Shown piece by piece: positions 24,401 to 30,150 of a stretch of 30,150 nt of DNA (position 1 is its first letter; each line of letters starts with the position of its first letter). Source of the DNA: Geosiphon pyriformis uo1. Taxonomy: Eukaryota > Fungi > Glomeromycota. The translations under genes were made by a program, and so were the position numbers. The notes under the pieces are model-generated. The model did no database searches, was not told the DNA's origin, and saw nothing but the letters and a program-made list of their open reading frames with translations. Location of the stretch: the NCBI GenBank assembly GCA_016748015.1, contig JAAOMT010000416.1, forward strand, positions 1 through 30,150, in the 5' to 3' direction.

Positions 24401-24973
24401 AAGTTTGAGAAAAAATAGTTGTTGCTGTTAAACATTGTTGCTTCTTTTTTTGTAGTTATCCAGGATCTTTTATTTTGTATATATAATATTGGTTTTTATT
24501 TGATTCTAGTAAGAAGTTTTGTATCTATTAATTAATACTATAAAGCTTTAAATGTCTTCAATAATTCTGAGCTGGCAGGTGTAAAGATAATATTTTTTAT
24601 CAAAAATTTGGTATTAATTTACAGATTAGTAATATAATATAACAAATCTAAATGCTAAATCTATATAAAGAAAATGAAATTTATATCTATTAATAACAAT
24701 ATGACATATGTTGAAAACAGTAATAATAGTAATTTGGATAATAGTAATTTGGATAATAGTGTAATTGTATTGCTTAGTATAAATAAAAATAGAGGTGTGT
24801 ATTTTGGTTTATATTCTAAATATTTGATCTTTTCAAGTTAAAAAATAAAATATTGGTAGTAACAGATTTGTAATATAGTTTTAACTAACCTAAATGGCTG
24901 GTTATATGTGAAAATATGTAAATCATATTTAGTTAATAATGTATATATGTTATATATTTCTAAATAAAAAAAA
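21430..24973 (+). mobile_element. 3' half of a LINE ORF2: RT, RNase H, C-terminal CCHC, 3' tail with A-run
   Basis: GKTARL (GKAAGL, ~21761), AWVSMISK (~21893), LQDI (~22148), FVNNTI*V (FVDD, 22475-22486), IYTNSS (YTDGS, ~23576), *VKIKGHFGVLEN (~23900), CLFCNIIDTFNHVFKC (~24317-24364), ending TAAATAAAAAAAA. Confidence 0.88.
24723..24760 (+). repeat. 15-bp tandem duplication (ATAATAGTAATTTGG x2.5)
   Basis: Exact units at 24723-24737 and 24738-24752 plus a partial third unit. Confidence 0.85.
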
Positions 24974-24979
24974 TGTATT

Positions 24980-25080
24980 TAAAAACTATCTAATATAATA
25001 TATTAAATTAAATAACTTAAATTAAACATTAATTATGTATTTTTTATATGTGACTAATAACTTAAGTTAATTAAAGCATT
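24980..25080 (-). repeat. Degenerate copy of the LINE-type 3' tail
   Basis: Aligns base for base with ~27445-27540; differences are mostly C>T. Confidence 0.7.
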
Positions 25081-25371
25081 AATTAAATTAAAACAAAAAA
25101 TGCCAAGAGTAAATTTTACTTACTAAATTTTTTAATAATATTATTTAAATTTCTTAAATCAAAAATAAATTTATTTAAAAACAATTTAATTTTTTTAATA
25201 CTATTCTTAATTTTAGAATAAAATATTTATCATAAAGTAACTATATATTCATTTGTTTTTTTATTTAAAAAATATTTTTTAATAGTACTTAAATTATTAT
25301 TTTTTATATTACTAAGTTTAATTTCAGTTTTAAAACCAACAAAGTTTTTAAATATATTAGCTAAAAAAAAA

Positions 25372-26170
25372 NNNNNNNNNNNNNNNNNNNNNNNNNNNNN
25401 NNNNNNNNNNNNNNNNNNNNNNNNNNNNNNNNNNNNNNNNNNNNNNNNNNNNNNNNNNNNNNNNNNNNNNNNNNNNNNNNNNNNNNNNNNNNNNNNNNNN
25501 NNNNNNNNNNNNNNNNNNNNNNNNNNNNNNNNNNNNNNNNNNNNNNNNNNNNNNNNNNNNNNNNNNNNNNNNNNNNNNNNNNNNNNNNNNNNNNNNNNNN
25601 NNNNNNNNNNNNNNNNNNNNNNNNNNNNNNNNNNNNNNNNNNNNNNNNNNNNNNNNNNNNNNNNNNNNNNNNNNNNNNNNNNNNNNNNNNNNNNNNNNNN
25701 NNNNNNNNNNNNNNNNNNNNNNNNNNNNNNNNNNNNNNNNNNNNNNNNNNNNNNNNNNNNNNNNNNNNNNNNNNNNNNNNNNNNNNNNNNNNNNNNNNNN
25801 NNNNNNNNNNNNNNNNNNNNNNNNNNNNNNNNNNNNNNNNNNNNNNNNNNNNNNNNNNNNNNNNNNNNNNNNNNNNNNNNNNNNNNNNNNNNNNNNNNNN
25901 NNNNNNNNNNNNNNNNNNNNNNNNNNNNNNNNNNNNNNNNNNNNNNNNNNNNNNNNNNNNNNNNNNNNNNNNNNNNNNNNNNNNNNNNNNNNNNNNNNNN
26001 NNNNNNNNNNNNNNNNNNNNNNNNNNNNNNNNNNNNNNNNNNNNNNNNNNNNNNNNNNNNNNNNNNNNNNNNNNNNNNNNNNNNNNNNNNNNNNNNNNNN
26101 NNNNNNNNNNNNNNNNNNNNNNNNNNNNNNNNNNNNNNNNNNNNNNNNNNNNNNNNNNNNNNNNNNNNNN
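25372..26170. other. Assembly gap (799 N)
   Basis: Run of N. Confidence 1.
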
Positions 26171-26610
26171 NAAATAAAAATTACTTATTTATAAAACTTT
26201 TGATAATTAAAAATTGTTTTTTAAGTATTATTAAAGTCAATACCAGAAAAAAAGAAGCAAAAAAAAATATAGTTTCTATTTAGTCTGTTTAATTCTTAAA
26301 ATTAGATAATCTAATTAGTTGTTTTGCTTCTAAAATTAATAATAATTTGTCAAAAAACATTATATTTAACAATATAATTAATAATTAATCTTAACTTATT
26401 TTGAATAATATACTATTGTTATTGTTTTTTATATTAAAAAAAAGACTAGTTATTATTAAAGAAATTTTAATCAAGATTTTATTTAAAATTACCAAAAAAT
26501 TTAACAGATATAAATAACTATTGTTGTTTTTTAATTTTTTGGTTTTTTTGATTATTTATAAAATAATAAAATAATAATAATAATAAAAACAAAGAACTAG
26601 CTTGTTAATA
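26171..26610 (-). pseudogene. Older, more eroded copy of the ORF1 N-terminal region of the telomere-adjacent element
   Basis: Colinear with ~28925-29360 (e.g. CAATATAATTAATAATTAATCTTAACTTATTTTGAATAAT vs CAATATAATCAATAGTTGATTTTGGCTCATCTTAAATAAT). Confidence 0.7.
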
Positions 26611-27109
26611 AAAAAAAACCACAAATTAAAAATAAATAAAATGGTTTAAAAGCTGTTAAAAACAGTTTTTTACTATTAATATTTAAAAAAAACATTATTA
26701 AAACATTTTATTTAGCTGTTTCAACAATAAAAAAAATTTTTTTTTGTTGAAACTTTATTAATTATTAAAAAAAAAATAATATTTGAAACTTTTTTACTTT
26801 TTGTTTTAATTATAATTATAAAATAAAAAGAAAAAAAAACTTTTTTTTTTTATAATTTTTATATAATACAAATATAAAATATAAATATTTTATCAATTAG
26901 ACCATATTGTTAAGCCATAATAAAAAAAATATTTTATTTAATTAAATATTTATTTATATAAAATTATTATTCAAATTATTTCATATTTAAATTTTTATAA
27001 ATTTATATTTATCTTATTAAAAATTATTTATTTTTAATTTAATATTAATAATATTATATTAATATTACTAATTATATTAAAATAAAAACTATTAATTTAT
27101 ATTATTTTA

Positions 27110-27385
27110 TTTTTAATTTTTATTTATAAATTGATTAAAAAAAAGTATTTAAATTACAATATCAAAAATTATTTAATTAAAAAATACAAAAATAGATATA
27201 AAATTACTTAATTAAATTGCTTATTAAAAAAAACACTAAATAATATCTATTATTATTATTGAATTTCTATTTATTATACAAAAAATTTAACTATTAAAAC
27301 TTTAAATAAACTAAAACTTTTAGATTTAACTAATAATATAAAAGTATTAACTTATTAATATATTATTTAATTTTTTATAATATTT
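27110..27385 (+). repeat. Relic LTR fragment related to the A family
   Basis: TTGAATTTCTATTTATTATACAAAAAATTTAAC (~27259) matches TTGAATTTTTATTTATTATACAAAAAACTTAAC (~617); AATTGATTAAAAAA..AATATCAAAAAT matches ~453-495. Confidence 0.6.
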
Positions 27386-27404
27386 AAAAAAATTTAAATT
27401 TAAT

Positions 27405-29441
27405 TATTTTTTAATTTTTTATTATTATTAAAGTTTAACAAATGAGACCCAAATACAATATATCAAACTAACTAATCTAAACTAAACACTAATCATGTAC
27501 TTTTCACATATGACTAGCCATTTGGATCAGTTAAAAACACACTACACTAATACTACAGAAGAAAACTTACCCAAAGATGATATTTTTTGAATAACAGAAA
27601 ACAAAGTAGTATTATAAAAAACCAATCTAACCAGTTACTTGGCAGTTTTCAAGGCATTAGTTTTAATATCAACAGATTCATGTTTTCAAAGGGATATTAA
27701 ATTAGAAAATATTTTATCACTCATAATAAATAGAAGCTCTAAATCACCAGACATATTAATATTTTTCATGCAGTATTTTTTTTTCAAAGAAACTACTTTT
27801 TTATCCAACTTATTAACAATCTTACTAATGGAACTCATATATATCATAATCTTATTGACTTTAAAACTAAGTTTACTACTTGAAACCAAATTTTCATTAA
27901 TGAATTATTTAGACAATTTGACCAAAAAATTAACAGACTTAACAATAGATTTTACTAACACAAAAAGCTTAACCAAATCAGATTCCCAAGAAAACAACTA
28001 AGATAATACCAAAAGATTACTAACAACAGTTAAAGAAAAGGCAAAAGATGCCAAAAGTAGAAAATCAGAAGATCTCAAAAAATAAAAGCCTTAACATAAG
28101 ACTTAAAGTCAACAAAATATGATGTAAACACTTTGGAAGTCTTAAGAGAAAGAGATAGAGACATTTTATAATCCACAGCCAGGTAGCCCAATTCTTGACA
28201 TCTAAAACATTGCCAACAGTTAGAGATTTCCCATTAGATACAGCATTTTCTTAGTATATTAGTCTTGACTATAGCAACATTTAAATTTTTTTGAAATTCA
28301 AATATAACTAAAGTAAACCAGAAACAATAACCAGAATCAAAAAATAAAGAATGAAACATATCCAACCACCAACTTAAAAAATTATATTACTGATTTAAAA
28401 GACTGTACAGCCAGAGAGAAGATTGACCAATTTGGTCTTAAATCTGTTATAAAACAGAATAGTCTTATTTTAATTTATCAAAAGAAAGATCTTAACACTA
28501 TTTTTGCTCACCAAAACTGATTAATAATTTGATGCAAATACAACATAATCCAATTTTTTAAAATAAACCACTACATATTGCCAAATACCAATTGGCTTCA
28601 GTACAATACAAGTAACAGTACCAAAAACACCAAAAGCTGTCTTAATATCAGCAGCAAACATATTTAAAGGCATATTATACAGCACAACAGCAGCAAAAAG
28701 AAAGCCAAATTCAGAAATTACTAAAGACTTGGCAATTTTAAAGTGGTTAAACAAACAGGACTTGTAAGTTCAACTAGAAATACAGCTTCCAAAAACTTTT
28801 GAAAAGCAAATTCCACACAAAAAAGCTTTACATTGTCTTTTGACACTAATTTTACATTCAAAAAACCATGTACAGACTGAAAAACAGTCTTAATATAAGC
28901 CAATTTGATTTTGAAAGTAGCATCAAAGTAAAAACCATCTATACAGCAAATTTTTGATAATTAGTAATAGTTTTTCAAACACTATCAAAAGTAGCACCAG
29001 AAACCAGAAAAGATAATGAATTAGTTTTCATTTAATTAGTTTAGTTCTTAAGAACAGGCAATCTAACAGAAAAAGATTGTTTTACTTTTCAAACCAGTAA
29101 AGATTTACCAGAAAACACCACATTAGGCAATATAATCAATAGTTGATTTTGGCTCATCTTAAATAATGTGTTGAATGATACAACAGAGATCTCATTTAAG
29201 ATCTTATTAAAAACCATAAAAAAATTCGATATAACAATAGCAAAGACAAGTGATTGCTCTCACTTTTCAGAATCTTTGGTTTTTTTGAACAATTTTTTTG
29301 AAGAAGTAGTGTTATTAGCACCAGATGTTAAAGCTATAAAGAATAAACCAGTTTGTTTATTGATTTATTATTAAAAACTTTTGGGCTTTTAGTTGAAATA
29401 AAGACAATATTGAGATTAATTTAAGTATGTTTCTTTGAAGG
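27405..29441 (-). mobile_element. ORF1-only (RT-less) LINE-derived element, cut at its 5' end by telomeric repeats
   Basis: RRM-like segments (ORFs 28721-28903 and 28521-28754), knuckle CFRCQELGYLAVDY (28168-28209), heptad-like segment (ORF 27686-27889), stop at 27542-27544, then a tail homologous to the LINE 3' end at ~24875-24935 and an A-rich end. Confidence 0.75.
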
Positions 29442-29601
29442 AAAGAGATATTTATAGGAATAAAGATATTTATAAAGATAAAGATATTTATAGAGATAGA
29501 GATAATTATAGGGATATTTATAAGGATAGGAATATTTATAAGGATATTTATAGGAATAGAGAGATATAGGGATATTTATAGAGATATTTATAAGGATAAA
29601 G
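29442..29601 (+). repeat. Degenerate telomere-like hexamers (ATATTT/ATAGGA/ATAAAG/ATAGAG/ATAAGG)
   Basis: A 6-nt ATA-NNN phase is kept almost throughout. Confidence 0.85.
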
Positions 29602-29973
29602 ATAGGGATAGGGATAGGGATAAGGATAGGGATAGGGATAGGGATAGGGATAGGGATAGGGATAGGGATAGGGATAGGGATAGGAATAGGGATAGGGATA
29701 GGGATAGGAATAGGGATAGGAATAGGGATAGGGATAGGGATAGGGATAGGGATAGGGATAGGAATAGGGATAGGGATAGGGATAGGAATAGGGATAGGGA
29801 TAGGGATAGGAATAGGGATAGGGATAGGGATAGGGATAAGGATAGGGATAGAGATAGGGATAGAGATATTTATAGGGATAGGGATAGGGATAGGGATAGG
29901 GATAGGGATAGGGATAGGGATAGAGATATTTATAGGGATAGGGATAGGGATAGGGATAGGGATAGGGATAGGG
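29602..29973 (+). repeat. Telomere-variant array (ATAGGG)n, ~62 hexamer units
   Basis: Directly visible, with occasional ATAGGA/ATAAGG/ATAGAG/ATATTT units. Confidence 0.95.
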
Positions 29974-30147
29974 TTAGGGTTAGGGTTAGGGTTAGGGATA
30001 GGGTTAGGGATAGGGTTAGGGTTAGGGATAGGGTTAGGGTTAGGGTTAGGGTTAGGGTTAGGGTTAGGGTTAGGGTTAGGGTTAGGGTTAGGGTTAGGGT
30101 TAGGGTTAGGGTTAGGGTTAGGGTTAGGGTTAGGGTTAGGGTTAGGG
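29974..30147 (+). repeat. Telomere (TTAGGG)n; mixed with ATAGGG to 30033, then 19 pure units
   Basis: The G-rich strand runs toward the end of the sequence, as expected at a chromosome end. Confidence 0.97.
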
Positions 30148-30150
30148 AGA

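Noticed and set aside
22895-24418. Cluster of short ORFs that looks like an operon of small membrane proteins
   Set aside because: They are consecutive fragments (and one antisense shadow) of a single decayed LINE ORF2.
25085-25371. Body of the older ORF1-only copy
   Set aside because: Could not be aligned confidently to 27550-27900, so continuity across the gap is unproven.
26640-26800. Weak inverted similarity to ~21170-21310
   Set aside because: Dominated by A/T runs and not distinguishable from chance by eye.
27639-28001. Longest ORF in the window (120 aa, +)
   Set aside because: Antisense to the ORF1 C-terminus; no recognisable motif. The same applies to 29168-29374.
1-29441. Alternative genetic code or organellar/AT-rich bacterial origin to explain the many stops
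   Set aside because: All three stop types replace Trp/Gln/Arg, catalytic residues are also mutated, frameshifts occur, and a TTAGGG telomere is present.
29442-29600. Repeat-spacer-like pattern (CRISPR?)
   Set aside because: No unique spacers or cas genes; these are phased telomere-like hexamers.

Overview
Very AT-rich, CpG-depleted eukaryotic (probably fungal) subtelomere that ends in a TTAGGG telomere. I find no intact host gene: the ORF-track entries are fragments or antisense shadows of dead retroelements eroded by C>T/G>A transitions. Layout: (1) Ty3/Gypsy element A (+, LTR-PBS-gag, 1-2421), interrupted by (2) a near-complete Ty3/Gypsy element B (2422-12228; gag, protease, Cys-rich domain, dUTPase, RT, RNase H, integrase, an extra env-position ORF, two LTRs). 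(3) A second A-family copy A' lies on the minus strand (~12313-18939), also with the Cys-rich domain and dUTPase, and is truncated before integrase. (4) A LINE has its 5' half (ORF1 + AP endonuclease) inverted (~18940-21420) relative to its RT-RNase H-zinc finger 3' half (~21430-24973). (5) An older ORF1-type relic spans an N gap, followed by a relic LTR. (6) An ORF1-only LINE derivative (minus, ~27405-29441) shares the LINE's 3' stem-loop tail and its 5' end is fused to telomere-variant repeats. (7) A hexamer gradient runs from degenerate units to ATAGGG to TTAGGG. 'Restored' motifs are my by-eye reconstructions, mostly made by reverting transitions, and domain boundaries are approximate. From memory the restored proteins resemble repeat-derived proteins of the glomeromycete Geosiphon pyriformis; this is unverified.
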